Part shown: in pieces, positions 27,076-39,384 of the stretch
Position numbering within the stretch: position 1 is the stretch's first letter
Layout: every line of letters begins with the position of its first letter
Assembly (NCBI RefSeq): GCF_006345805.1
Contig: NC_042998.1
Location: 68,696,001 to 68,760,000, forward strand
Length of the DNA stretch: 64,000 nt
Reading direction: 5' to 3'
Origin: Octopus sinensis
Lineage: Eukaryota
The notes under the pieces: model-generated
The model's input: the letters and a program-made list of their open reading frames with translations, nothing else
Databases searched by the model: none
What the model was told of the DNA's origin: nothing
Translations under genes and position numbers: made by a program

Positions 27076-27283
27076 TATATGCATATATATATACATATAT
27101 ATATGCATATATAAATATATATTATATATATATATGCATATATATACGCATATATATATGTATGTATGTATGCATGTATATACGCAACAGTAACAACATT
27201 AGTACATCTATGGGACCATTTAATCATTTACACATGTTTAGCCAACATCAATACATACATAGTATTTATTTTACGCACGCACG

Positions 27284-27332
<49 letters not shown>

Positions 27333-27444
27333 GCACACTAAGTAATATTTTTTACAGACCGTCTTCCACTAAAGCAACAACAACAACATAAATAAATAAT
27401 AATAAATGCACTAGGTGACCCTTTATTTTGTTTTGTACTTTCAG

Positions 27445-27835
27445 AATGGTGTCTTGAACTTTTCCCCCAAACATGGAATTTCTCTGCGTAACGAAGTTTG
27501 CGTAATAATGTTTAAGAAGGAGAGTGAAAATATCTACGCCACATTAATGGAAACCCTCGTTAAACAGCTGGACAACACTCGTCTCGCAGTGCGGCCATTT
27601 TTGGCTGTCGAGGGACAAGACAGTCTTCGACATCTTCCTTATAGTAAAATATTCTTGGTGTTTGCCGAATGTTTGCCAAGTAAGAGGCCGGCATCTCCAA
27701 GTTCCCCTTCTTCCACTTCTGTTGCTTTGACCCCTTCCCCCTCTTCCCCATCCTGTCCTACTTCATTACAAACTAAAACCAATGAACAGGTTGAATTACA
27801 GATAGCATCCCTTAAAGTAATCAAGGCCCTCGGAG
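27445..27835 (+). CDS. Exon C: N-terminal part of a cytoplasmic alpha/beta (TIR/SEFIR-like) domain with an S/P-rich insert
   Basis: Acceptor ttttgtactttcag|AAT (phase 0, matches exon B) and donor GGAG|GTAAGA; 391 nt = 130 codons+1. Reads NGVLNFSPKHGISLRNEVCVIMFKKESENIYATLMETLVKQL...KIFLVFAECL...EQVELQIASLKVIKALG. Confidence 0.88.
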
Positions 27836-28429
27836 GTAAGACAAAGCTCTTGGTTACGCAACTTTATCTCAGAAGTTCTTTTCTGCTGTTGCATGCTGAC
27901 GCACACACGCATACATATATGTACGCCCTTACATGTTCACGCACATGCACATATGTATACAAATACATACACAAACAATTATTGTTATAGGTGTTATTTA
28001 GTCCGAGGTCAGCCGTTATCAAGCAAGTCTACGATCAAAGGCAACCTAGTCGTGGCCATCGCATCTTTTTCTTTTCTTTTTAAATAGCACTCAAGGCTTC
28101 TTATCCAGCTTGCCCTTCTCTAAGACAGTAGCAAGATATAATTTGAGAGAGATTCAGCTTATATTTCTAGCAGATCAAGCAAAGACGTAGAGGCTCCCTC
28201 GTTGACTTGCGTAATTTTCAAAGAACGTTAAGTGTTCACATAATTTAATGGGACTCATAATTTAAGAGGGTACATAAATTTAGGGGTCACCTGATTGATA
28301 GTTCTGAATGCTTCTTGTATGTGTGCGTGTGTGTGCGCGCGCGTGCGTGTGTTAATAACCAAGAATGTTATTCTTGTTTCACTTCATTGTGTCGCATGCA
28401 GGATGGTAGATGGTAAATTCAGTAGCTAA

Positions 28430-29270
28430 GGGGATAAACATAGAGGGGACAAATAAGGACAGACAAATAGATTAAGGCGATTACATTGACCCCAGTGCGT
28501 AACTAGTACTTAATTTATCGACTCCGAAAGGATGAAAGGCAAAGTCGACCTCGGTGGAGTTTGAACTCCGAACGTAAAGACAGATTAAATATCGCTAAGC
28601 ATTTCGCCCGGCGTGCTAACGTTTCTGCCAGCTCTCCGTCTTTTTAAAATATTCTTTTCTATTCTAGGCACAAGGCCCGAAATTTTGCGGAAGTGGACCA
28701 GTCGATTAGATCGACTCCAGTACGCAACTGGTACTTAATTTATCAGACCCGAAACGATGAATGGCAAAGTCGATCTCCGTGGAATTTGAACTCAGAACGT
28801 AAAGACAGACGAAATACTGCCAAGCATTTTGCCCGCCATGCTAACGTTCCTTATATCTTTATTGCCCACAAGGGACTAAACATAGAGAGGACAAACAAGG
28901 ACAGACAAAGGTATTAAGTCGATTACATCGACCGCAGTACGTAACTGGTACTTAATTTATCGACCCCGAAAGGATGAAAGGCAAAATCGACCTCGGCGGA
29001 ATTTGAACTCAGAACGTAGCGGCATACGAAATACCTATTTCTTTACTACCCACAAGGGGCTAAACACAGAAGGGACAAACAAGGATAGACAAACGGATTA
29101 AGTCGATTATATCGAATCCCAGTGCGTAAATGGTCTTATTTAATCGACCCCGAAAGACTGAAAAGCAAAGTCGACCTCGGCGGAATTTGAACTCAGAACG
29201 TAGCGGCAGACGAAATACCGCTAAGCATTTTGTCCGGCGAGCTAACGTTTTTGCAAGCTCGCCGCCTTCT
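28430..29270 (-). mobile_element. SINE family S2, multimeric cluster (about four core units)
   Basis: The core GTTCTGAGTTCAAATTCCGCCGAGGTCGACTTTGCCTTTCATCCTTTCGGGGTCGAT recurs four times on the - strand. Confidence 0.88.
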
Positions 29271-29734
29271 TCAGTCCAAAATATTACAATTTTTTAACAA
29301 AGACCACGGTTTTTTTTTTTTTTTTTGTGGTTTTGGGAAGGTTATATTTACCTAATTTTCGTCAAGTTTCCGCTTCTCTTAACGACAAAATAAATAAAGT
29401 CAAGGAATAATTAAACTAATTGCCCTGCTACAAGCAATATCAATAAATTGGTTAAGTCTAGGTAATTAGCTAAGTGTATAATGAAAAAGACCAGTTAGTC
29501 ACACTAAATATTGATCCTTCGATTTGACTTTTTACAAGCTTTTGTTATTGGCAAGAAGAAAACCATTCCTAGAAAGTAAAATATTCCATCAATATTATCT
29601 AATGCCATAAATTCTGTATATTTTCCATATTTCGGTAGCATTAATTATTGAGTAATGGCACTAAATTACGTAATCAAAATAATTATGAAGATTAATGTCA
29701 TATTAAGTATTGATTACTCACAGAATAAAGTGGT

Positions 29735-29900
29735 GATCTGGCAGAATCGCTTGCACACCGGACAAAAACGCTGATCGACATTTCGTCTGTCATTACGTTT
29801 AGAGTTCAAATTCCACCAAGATCTGCTTACTTTTTATCCTTTCGGGGTCGATAAAATAGTGCCAGTGGCGCACTGGGGTCGATGTAATCGACTTTCTACC
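29735..29900 (+). mobile_element. SINE S2, diverged monomer
   Basis: CTGGCAGAATCG...GAGTTCAAATTCC...CCTTTCGGGGTCGATAAAATAG. Confidence 0.75.
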
Positions 29901-30220
29901 CCCTTTCTTTTACTTTAGGTTTTGTGTGTATAGCAGAAAGGATTTTACTAATATGGATGAAATGTAGCCGCAAAATTCGAGGAGTGGGGCTATAATTGAT
30001 TACATTTACTTTAATATTTCGCTGGTTCTTAATTTTATACTCCGACTCCGAGAGGTTAAAAAGAAAAGTTGACTTTTGTGGTATTCAAAATCCGAGCGTA
30101 AAGAGATAAAACTAAATAGACGCAGGGATTGCTGTGCGGTAAAGATCACTTCAGTCTCACTGTGCAGCACTTTGGGCAAATGTCTTCTATTAAATATGTA
30201 TGTATGTAACATATATATAT

Positions 30221-30660
30221 AGGCGCAGGAGTGGCTGTGTGGTAAGTAGCTTGCTTCCCTACCACATGGTTCCGGGTTCATTCCCACTGCGTGGCACCTT
30301 GGGCAAGTGTCTTCTCCTAGAGTCTCGGGCCGACCAAAGCCTTTGGTAGACAGAAATTGAAAGAAGCCTGTCGTATATATGAATATGTATATATATATAT
30401 ATTATATATATATATATTATATATATATATATACGTGTTTGTGTGTGTGTAGTGTGTATATGCTTGTGTGCCTGTTTGTCCCCCAACATCGCTTGACAAC
30501 CGATGGTGGTGTGTTTACGTCCCCGTATCTTAGCGGTTCGGCGAAAGAGACCGATAGAATAAGTACTAGGCTTCCAAAGAATAAGTCCTGTGGTCGATTT
30601 GCTTGACTAAAGGCGGTGCTCCAGCATGGCAGCAGTCAAATGACTGAAATAAGTAAAAGT
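30221..30660 (+). mobile_element. SINE S1, full length
   Basis: Close to the family consensus seen across copies in this window. Confidence 0.9.
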
Positions 30661-31189
30661 GATGTGTGTGTGTATGTATGTATGTAAGTATGTATGTATG
30701 TATGTATGTATGTATGTATGTATGTATGTATGTATGTATGTGTGTGTATGTTTATCCTACACACACACACACCACTGCTTGACAACCACTGTTGTTTGAT
30801 TCCTTCCAGATAACTTAGCTGTTCGGCAAAGGAAACTGATAGGATAACACCAGTAATATACTGGACTATTTTAAAACTAATGTTAGCTTATCCCAACACT
30901 ATCTGTTGTTGCTAAAGCTGTTGTTGTTGTTATTGTTGTTGCTTGCCCCAAATCTAGTCTCAAATTCAAAGTATTTACACTTCAAAGAAGTATTATTTTT
31001 AATGTTGCCCCACTTAATATTTTCTATTGATAAAATTATTATTGGCAAAATTTGGAGTTAACGAGCAAGCAAGAGAACATAATTTCAACGTCTGCTTCAC
31101 TGAGACGTCTCGCAGGCTTCTCCCTTGGGTGTAAATACCGAAGGAGGATCTGAGTACAGGCTGATAAGAAAGGAAATCTCTGTATAATG

Positions 31190-31395
31190 AGAGTTTCAAA
31201 TTTTGGCACAGGACCAGTAATTTCGGCGGAGGGGGTTAAGTCGATTACTTCGACTCCAGTAGTCAACTGGTATTCATTTTATCAATCTCAAACGGATGAA
31301 TAGCAAAGTCGATTTTGGTGGCATTTGAACGCAGGAGGTAAAGTGCCGCTTAGTATTTTGCCGGGTGTGCTAATGATTCTGCCAACCCGCCGACT
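31190..31395 (-). mobile_element. SINE S2, diverged monomer
   Basis: Reverse complement of head, core and AAATTTTGGCACA tail. Confidence 0.7.
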
Positions 31396-31419
31396 TAAAT
31401 CTCTGTATAAAAAGAGTAC

Positions 31420-31755
31420 AAACCCCCTTCGGTCATGAATGGCCATAGGATTGCACCGAGAAAGTTACCCATCGAGGTACAAATCTGGGCCAGGTTGTTA
31501 ATGGAAGATCAGCAGTCGCCCATGCATACCAGCTTCTCCTCCCCACACCACTGAGGATCTCCAAGGGAAATTCAAAGGTCGATACAGCCTGGAACCACTG
31601 ACGTCGCTACTCATTTCTACAGTTCAGTAAACTGGAGCAGCGTGAGTTAAAGTGTTTTGTTCAAGAACACAACACAGAACTGGGTCCGGGAATCGAACTC
31701 ACTATCTCGTGAGAGTGAGCCCGACGTTCTAACCACTGAGCCATGCGCCTTCACA
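31420..31755 (-). mobile_element. SINE S3-related copy
   Basis: Reverse complement of GTGTTGTGTTCTTGAACAAAACAC...CTGCTCCAGTTTACTGAACTGTAGAAATG. Confidence 0.65.
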
Positions 31756-31890
31756 AATCTCTGTATAATAACGTTATAAATGCTAGCTCGTTGGTTGGTT
31801 GGTCGGTTGGTTGGTCGGTCGGTCGGTCGGTCAGTTACTTGGTTGGTTGGGAAAAAATCGCCAACGATACACACGCGGTGACATATTGAA

Positions 31891-31936
<46 letters not shown>

Positions 31937-32154
31937 CAACAGTGAACAGGTCGCGGTCTTAAAGCGACGAAAATATTTTGACAAATTAAATTTAAATGTT
32001 GAAGTGAATCTAACGGTTTTTGTGTGTTTCTTAAATGGCTTATAAACACCTTCCACGCTGCAATTGTTTTCGTTCCAGCACACGATCTCAGATCGGGTCA
32101 CTTGCTATACAAGTACATCTCCGTAAATATATATATATATATAATATATATATA

Positions 32155-32204
<50 letters not shown>

Positions 32205-32365
32205 CAATGGGCTTCTTTCAGTTTCTCTCTGTCAAATCCGCTAACAAGGCTTTGGTTGGCCCGAAGCTATAATAGAAAAAAATTTGCACAAGGTGCCACG
32301 CAGTGGAACTGAACACGAAACCACATGGTTGGGAAGCAAACGTCTTACCGCAAAACCATGCCTGC
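32205..32365 (-). mobile_element. SINE S1, 5' half
   Basis: Reverse complement of head and GAAAGAAGCCC. Confidence 0.8.
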
Positions 32366-32379
32366 ATTTTAGTCACTGA

Positions 32380-32760
32380 TATTGGAAAAGTATTTGATAA
32401 GCATTTGTTGGAATATGGGCACGTTATTCAAAATTGCTATTATGGTTCATGACGTGGCATGAGCATTGTCACAGTTGTTGGTTCTACACCATACATTGTT
32501 TTGCAGCCTGTTTTATCGTTTATTCTGCATAAAAATGTTTGCTAATATATTTTTTTTTTCTGGTTGATTTCCATTTTCTCTCTTATTTCCTTGTTTTTGT
32601 TGGCTGATACTGAGTTTTTATTTCGTTGTGTGTGGTAATGGATTGTTATGATTGAAATTCTCCCATGTTTTTGTTAGGCTGGTTATGTCAGTTGGGTAAT
32701 CATGAGATTTTCAATTGTTGCTGTTTTCGATGTGTTTCTTTTTAACTTCTACAAGCATTT
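32380..32760 (-). mobile_element. Highly degraded Penelope-like RT C-terminal fragment
   Basis: Fragments such as TIIAILNNVPIFQQMLIKYFSNIS resemble the PLE region after the RT; many stops. Confidence 0.4.
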
Positions 32761-33153
32761 TATTGCATGTGTGTACTTCAGTATCTAAATAATAGATTGG
32801 CAATGACTGAGCGGACATGTGATCGAAGGCGTTACAGTCATGGCCATCCCGTCTTTTGCATATTAAGAAAAACATTAGTCAGTACCAACTTTAATTTTTA
32901 CACGATAGGATGTGATTTGATAGAACTTAGTTGTTATTTCTAGCATATTGAGTAACCATACAGGTTTCTTTCTTGGTTTCTATCTATGTCGGTGATAGAG
33001 GTAATGTTGAAATCAGCAAACTGTAATTATGCTTTCTGGGGGTACGAACCTCGAGATTTTGATTTCAATTCCCACTACGTGACATATCCAGCCAGTATCT
33101 TTTACCATAATCTCGGAGCGTACCAAAAATACGTACGTACATACATACATACA

Positions 33154-33184
<31 letters not shown>

Positions 33185-33187
<3 letters not shown>

Positions 33188-33515
33188 CAATGATTTGGGA
33201 TAGAGAAGAGAAACTGTGCACAGCTGTGGGAATTAGCTGCCCAGCGGATGTTGACATAAATCTGAAGATCAGTGAAAAAGAGAACACCTATGCTGAACTA
33301 TTGAGAAATCTACATTTACTCTATCCAGATTACAAGTTCAGGTTCATACTTGTAATTATTGGGGCCCTGGGATATGTAACACACTGCCTAAATACCAATC
33401 TTGAGAAATTAGGCTTCTCAAAACCAGAAAGGAGAAAGCTGATTCGAAGACTACAGATCCATGCCATCACTGGAACTGTAAATGACTGAGCGGATCTGTA
33501 AATCTGTAAAACTTT
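33185..33515 (+). mobile_element. R4/Dong-type RLE LINE fragment starting at (CATA)n
   Basis: MIWDREEKLCTAVGISCPADVDINLKISEKENTYAELLRNLHLLYPDYKFRFILVIIGALGYVTH. Confidence 0.88.
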
Positions 33516-33746
33516 TGAGTGAAACTGGGTGGATATAAGCTACCCTCCGTACACTTTCTGCATGGCAATTCTTTTGACAAAGAAGTGCTTTGATTGCGGT
33601 AATAGCAGAAGGCAGTTTCTCAGAGTGCCGTGCAATGGAACTGAACCGAAAATCACGTGATTGTCAAATGAAATCACGTGACTGTGAAACGAACTTCTTA
33701 AACACACAGCTATGTTTTTTTAATTAAAATAGGTTTGCGAGTTTAC

Positions 33747-33799
<53 letters not shown>

Positions 33800-33944
33800 C
33801 ACACATGCACACATATATATCTATATATATGTGTGTGCATACATACATTCATGCACACACACACATACGCATATCATATTTAGAGTAGTCGTTGGTTATG
33901 CCCAGTAAGAAATATATATATGTATGTATGTGTGTGTATATGTT

Positions 33945-34125
33945 TGTAGCCCGAACCCACCCCAACATCGCTTGACAACCGATGCTGGTGTGTTTACGTC
34001 CCCGTAACTTAGCGGTTCAGCAAAGAAACCGATAGAATAAGTACTAGGCTTACAAAGAATAAGTCCTGGGTCGATTTGCTCGACTAAATGTGGTGCTCCA
34101 GCATGGCGACAGTCACGATTGGAAC
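33945..34125 (+). mobile_element. SINE S1, 3' half
   Basis: AACATCGCTTGACAACCGATGCTGGTGTGTTTACGTCCCCGTAACTTAGCGG. Confidence 0.85.
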
Positions 34126-34214
34126 ATGTATGTGTGTGTGTGTGTGTGCGTGTGTGCGTTTTTTTATACGTATGTGCGTATATACATATATACACATATA
34201 TATATGTGTTTGTA

Positions 34215-34400
34215 AGGAAAGCTTGCAAAATCGTTAGCACACAAAATGCTTAGCGCTATTTCTCCCATCTCTTTACGTTTTGAGTTCATATTCCACCAGC
34301 GTCAACTTTGCTTTTCATCCTTCGAGATCGATAAAATAAATACCAGTCATATGCCAGGGTTGATGTAATTGACTAAGCCCCTGCACTCTAAATTGCTAGC
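34215..34400 (+). mobile_element. SINE S2, diverged monomer
   Basis: CGTTAGCAC...GAGTTCATATTCC...TTTTCATCCTTCGAGATCGATAAAATAAATACCAG. Confidence 0.7.
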
Positions 34401-34859
34401 CTTGAACCTCTTGCAAAGGACCGGTGTCCCGTTCAGCAGGAATGTTGTCATCTTGGTCATTTGTTTGCCATAGAAACCGACGAACAGGTCTTATAAATCC
34501 TGGAGGCTGGGGGAAAGTGTGTGTGTGTGTGTATGTGTCTGTGTTTGCGTGTGTGTGTGTGTGCACGGAGTTATTGTTCATTTTAAGTTGGAAGATGAAA
34601 TAATATGTATTCCCTCGCTTCTTCTATTCATAAACACGAATGTCTCGTTTTGTATGTGTGCGTTTGTATATGTGTGTGTGTGTATGTGTTTGCCTTTATG
34701 TGTGTGCTCTTGCATGTCTGGCTCCATGTGTGTGTGTGTGTGTGTGTTTATTTTTCTTGTGTTCTACCCGAAACTTCAATGCTATAATCTCGAGAATATG
34801 TTTATACTATCCGCATTTATTATTCCTTCTCTCATTTTTCCTTCTTTCTTCCTTTGCAG

Positions 34860-35086
34860 CAAACGCCATAGTGATTATCACAAATGACGAAGGCTCAAAA
34901 AGACTTTCTGGCCATGTGTTGTACAACGCCCAACTTCGAATTATTCAATCCCAGGATATGTTGCAGGAACTCGCCTCTAAAGGAAAATTATTCAGTATTT
35001 GGAAAGAATTAACGTCACATCAAATTAGCCACATGCGAAAAATACTACTGTCGACATTGAACCCAAGATATGGCGGCTGTAAATGA
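34860..35086 (+). CDS. Exon D (terminal coding exon) of the same gene
   Basis: Long polypyrimidine acceptor ttttccttctttcttcctttgcag|CA (phase 1, matches exon C). Reads ANAIVIITNDEGSKRLSGHVLYNAQLRIIQSQDMLQELASKGKLFSIWKELTSHQISHMRKILLSTLNPRYGGCK, then TGA at 35084-35086. Confidence 0.88.
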
Positions 35087-35321
35087 AGACAAACATTTAA
35101 GAACAATTTTTTAAAAACAAAACCAACAAAACAAAAAAATCTTTCCTTCTTACATATGATTCACTTCCTGTATATTGACCTCTTTCCTTCACACACATGG
35201 TTCACTTCCGGTATATTGACTGACCTCTGTAACTCGCAAATCATGCTTGCTCTTCAGGGCGTCTCTTTCTTTTAAAGTATAGCGTGACTAAACGAAAGAA
35301 AAATATAATATAAACAACAAC

Positions 35322-35446
35322 AATAAAACAACTACTGCTACTACAACGACACCAAAAACTACTACTACTTCTACTACTACTACTACTACTACTACTACTT
35401 ATCACTATTAATATTATTGTATACTAGGTATCTTTCTAAGAATAAA
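35322..35446 (+). terminator. Candidate polyadenylation signals of the gene
   Basis: AATAAA at 35322-35327 and 35441-35446, 240-360 nt after the stop. The region is AT-rich, so chance occurrence is possible. Confidence 0.3.
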
Positions 35447-35758
35447 CGCTACAACCAGCGCCACAGATACTACTACTACTACTACTAACACTACAACTGC
35501 TACTACTACTACTACTACTATAAAAAGAGAAAGTGATGATGACAAAGAGGAATATTGATATTAGTAATTATACTAACTATAATTAATATTTCTACTATGA
35601 ATAGGTAGTGTTACTGCTAATACCAATGCTTTCATTATTAATACTACTAATAATAATAACAATAATAATTTTATTAATTTTATTAAAGCTAATCATATTA
35701 GTACTACTACTACAGCTATTATTGCTGCTACTACTACTATTTCATCAACAATAACAAA

Positions 35759-35807
<49 letters not shown>

Positions 35808-35835
35808 GTTATTATTACTACTACTACTACAACAC

Positions 35836-35867
<32 letters not shown>

Positions 35868-35880
35868 TTACTACAACTAC
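35330..35880. repeat. (CTA)n/(TAA)n/(TTA)n low-complexity tract downstream of the gene
   Basis: Direct inspection. Confidence 0.9.
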
Positions 35881-37078
35881 GTGCTGAAGTAGAACGGAAA
35901 ATTCAAAATGGTACAATTTTTTTTCCTTTGAGACAATAGATAAAGTATACCAAAGAAGAACTGATGAAGAGAGATTGAAATTAGAAGCGCTAGTGAGTTA
36001 GAGACAGTCATGTTATGTTTGTTGTTAGAAATAAAAAGAAAAAGTGGGAGCATTTATCGGTAAGAAGGAACAACAACGAAACGTTTTTTTTTTTTAAATC
36101 ACTAAGAAACAGTTAATGAACGGCAATTAAGTCTGTAATGTCCGTACGCTTGAGATCAGACGATCGACAGGGTAGGAACATTACGGAATATAAACAAAAA
36201 AAAAACAGAAGGAGGAGGGGGAAAAGAGTAAGAGTGTGGTGAGAAGATAGACTGAGGGGGGAAGAGAAAGATGGGGAGCATGAAAGAGAGAAAGAAAGGG
36301 TTCTACAAAGATTACTGAATTTATTGCTTGTATAATGAATGAACCAGATAAAAATGCTAATGAATCTGGTGCCTTCGTTTCGAGCAATACATTCTACTTG
36401 TTAACGGACAAATATAGCACTTATTTAACTATAAAAATATTATCGTGTTTTATCTTACTATTTATAAAATCACGAGACTTAGAAAGAACCTATGAAGGCC
36501 ATCGAATCATAGAAATTATAGGAGATCAGACATGTTTTTTTTTCTGATGACTCTTTTTTAAAAAAAAATATTCAGAATTTGTTTTATGTGTTTTTTTGTC
36601 CAAAACAACAAACCAAATAATCTGAAATTATGGCCGGTTGATTCTTTTCCAGAATCCATAAACTGCTTCTTAGTAACAAAAAAAAACACCAAGTCAACAT
36701 CTACTGAGAAAAAAATGTGATACGGTTTCGTTCCTCACCATCTCTTTCTGAAATGGTACATACGCAAAGGTAAAAATGGGAAAATTAAAGAGCGTTAAAG
36801 ACAGGGGCCGGTAGTTAAGTGACTAAATAATATTTAAATTTAAACTCGAAGGGATTTCTTTTTAAACCCCCTGTTAAAGTTACTTTTTTTGTAGATTCAT
36901 ATATAAAAATGCCTCCGATTCAGAACCTCTGCCACTACATTGTTTCTTTTTTTTTTCTACAAAATTTTATTGATTTCACTTTATGGTTATAATAACAACA
37001 ACAAAAGCAACAACAACAATAATAATTATTATTATTATAATAGTAACAACAACAACAATAATAATAATAATAATAATA

Positions 37079-37109
<31 letters not shown>

Positions 37110-37149
37110 CTTTTATGTAGTAGTAATAATAATAATAATTCTTTTCTAC

Positions 37150-37298
37150 TCTAGGCACATGGTCCGAAATTTGGGGGAGGTGGGCCAGTCGATTAGATGA
37201 CCCCAGTACTTAACTGGTACTTAATTTATAGGCCCCGAAAGGATGGAAGGCAAAGTCGACCTCAGCAGAATTTGAGCTCAGAACGTAAAGACAGACGA

Positions 37299-37300
<2 letters not shown>
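37150..37300 (-). mobile_element. SINE S2, 3' part
   Basis: Core reverse complement. Confidence 0.8.
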
Positions 37301-37366
<66 letters not shown>

Positions 37367-37834
37367 GGTTTCTTTTTCATTCAATTGAAGAAGCGTTACG
37401 TAAAGAGAGATATGGAAATCTATGTTGCCATTCCTATCTTCATTCAAACCTACCTTCTACCAAAACAACAATTCCGTTCTATTTCATCCGTTTTATTCAG
37501 GTTAGTTCAACAAACAGTTTACACTCGCATTTATTTATTTTATCTTTGATCTCTTGACTCAAACCTCGGACTGCAGCCAAGGAGAAAATTTAAGAGTAAA
37601 TACGATTAAAGGTAGAATAATGAAATGAAGTTATACGTGTGGAACACAGTATTAATATTAAGTTTTAATGAAACATTTTAAGAAATCAATTAAGAGTATG
37701 TTAATTAAACATGAACCATGTTGAATAAATTATGAGGCTTTATATAGTCGTCTCTTAGTCACTTTCATCATACAGACATACATGTACGGACGGAAATCAC
37801 CATACATTTCATTATATAGGAGAGTGAGGCAGAA

Positions 37835-38025
37835 GACTGGCAGAATCGTTTGTGCGTCGGACAAAATGCTTGGCGACATCACTTTCGGCGTTATGTTCTG
37901 AGTTCAAATGCTGCCGAGGTCGACTTTGCCTTTCATCCCCTTCAAGATTGATAAAATAAAGTACCAGTCAAGTACTGGAAGTCGATGCAAGGGACAACCA
38001 TCTTTTCCTTAAAGAATTGCTGGAC
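37835..38025 (+). mobile_element. SINE S2 monomer
   Basis: CTGGCAGAATCG...GAGTTCAAATGCTGCCGAGGTCGACTTTGCCTTTCATCC. Confidence 0.8.
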
Positions 38026-39291
38026 TTGTGCCAAAACATATAAGAATTCTATTGGGCAGCGTTGTAATAAGGTTTATAATAGGGCATGGTTTATTAACAG
38101 TAAAATATTATTCTCTTTCATTAATTTAAATTTCAATTTCAAAAGGTATTTTTTTATTTACAAAAAGTTAAATCGAATATATTGTCTATTTCGACAAATT
38201 AGTTTGTTTTTAACGGTTGAACTCGAAACATAAAGCGATACATACTAGCATGTAAATATTGGTTTTGAAAACCTTTTGGACAGAAAATGTCAAAGGTAGC
38301 CCGTGGGGCAGCAACCAATATTTACACGCCATTATTTATAGCTTTATCTACTTTGAGTTCAGTCATTAAAAACGAATTATTTCACGCTCTCTCGAAGTTT
38401 TTCAATTCTTATGGCGGTAACTATTTAGTTTGTTGTATTTTATCATTAAGATAATTGTAAAATCTCTAGGAACACCTTAAAAGATTTTCATGGTAAAATT
38501 TTAAACGTTTTAGTGAATGAATCGTGGTTATGGTACCTTATCCTGTGGTCAGTATATTCACTAAGTGTACACAACATAATCTTTGTCCAATCAATTCTTT
38601 AACTTCAATTCTTTGCCAAATATTCAACACAATAACACATTTCCCTTTCTTGAATTTAAACTAATATCGACCCATAAAAAAAGTTAAAGATTGAAAAAAA
38701 ATTATCCTTCTGGTTTTATTTTCACCAAAATCAGCAATTTTCTTCTCTTTATATTTTTCTGATATGAACTAATGCCATAAATCTATTCCCTGAAATGACA
38801 AAAATCTTTGGCACCTCTCACGAACCATTCGGTGACAGGAAGGAGTAATCTAGCATATCCGTACACGTGTGTATATATACATATATATAAATATATTTAT
38901 TTTGGTATGTGAAATAAACCCTTTCTTGTCAATGAAGGAGGAAAAGGAAAACTAGAAATGCCAGTACATTAAAGAAATATTTTTGAGGCGAAACGGAAAA
39001 TATAGGCATAAAAAATTTTAACACGAATACACATTCACAAAAAAGTAACTTTACAAAAATGGTGAATTTTCGGTTTCTGAGGCCTCTGGGAATTAAATGT
39101 TGTACAGATTATAAGAAAAGAAGCAACACAGTTTTATTGACAAATATTTTGAAAAAATATTCGAAAAAAATGGTGTTTGGAAAAATAAATTTAGAAAAAC
39201 GACTGTAAAAAAATATTTTGTGTTATCTTTTAAATTTTTTGTGATTCTATACATGAATAATCATCGACATTTACTTTTAAGTATATATGTA

Positions 39292-39384
<93 letters not shown>

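Noticed and set aside
37380-37447. EF-hand-like peptide NEDRNGNIDF on the - strand
   Set aside because: Isolated 10-residue resemblance running into a microsatellite, with no flanking helices or splice sites.
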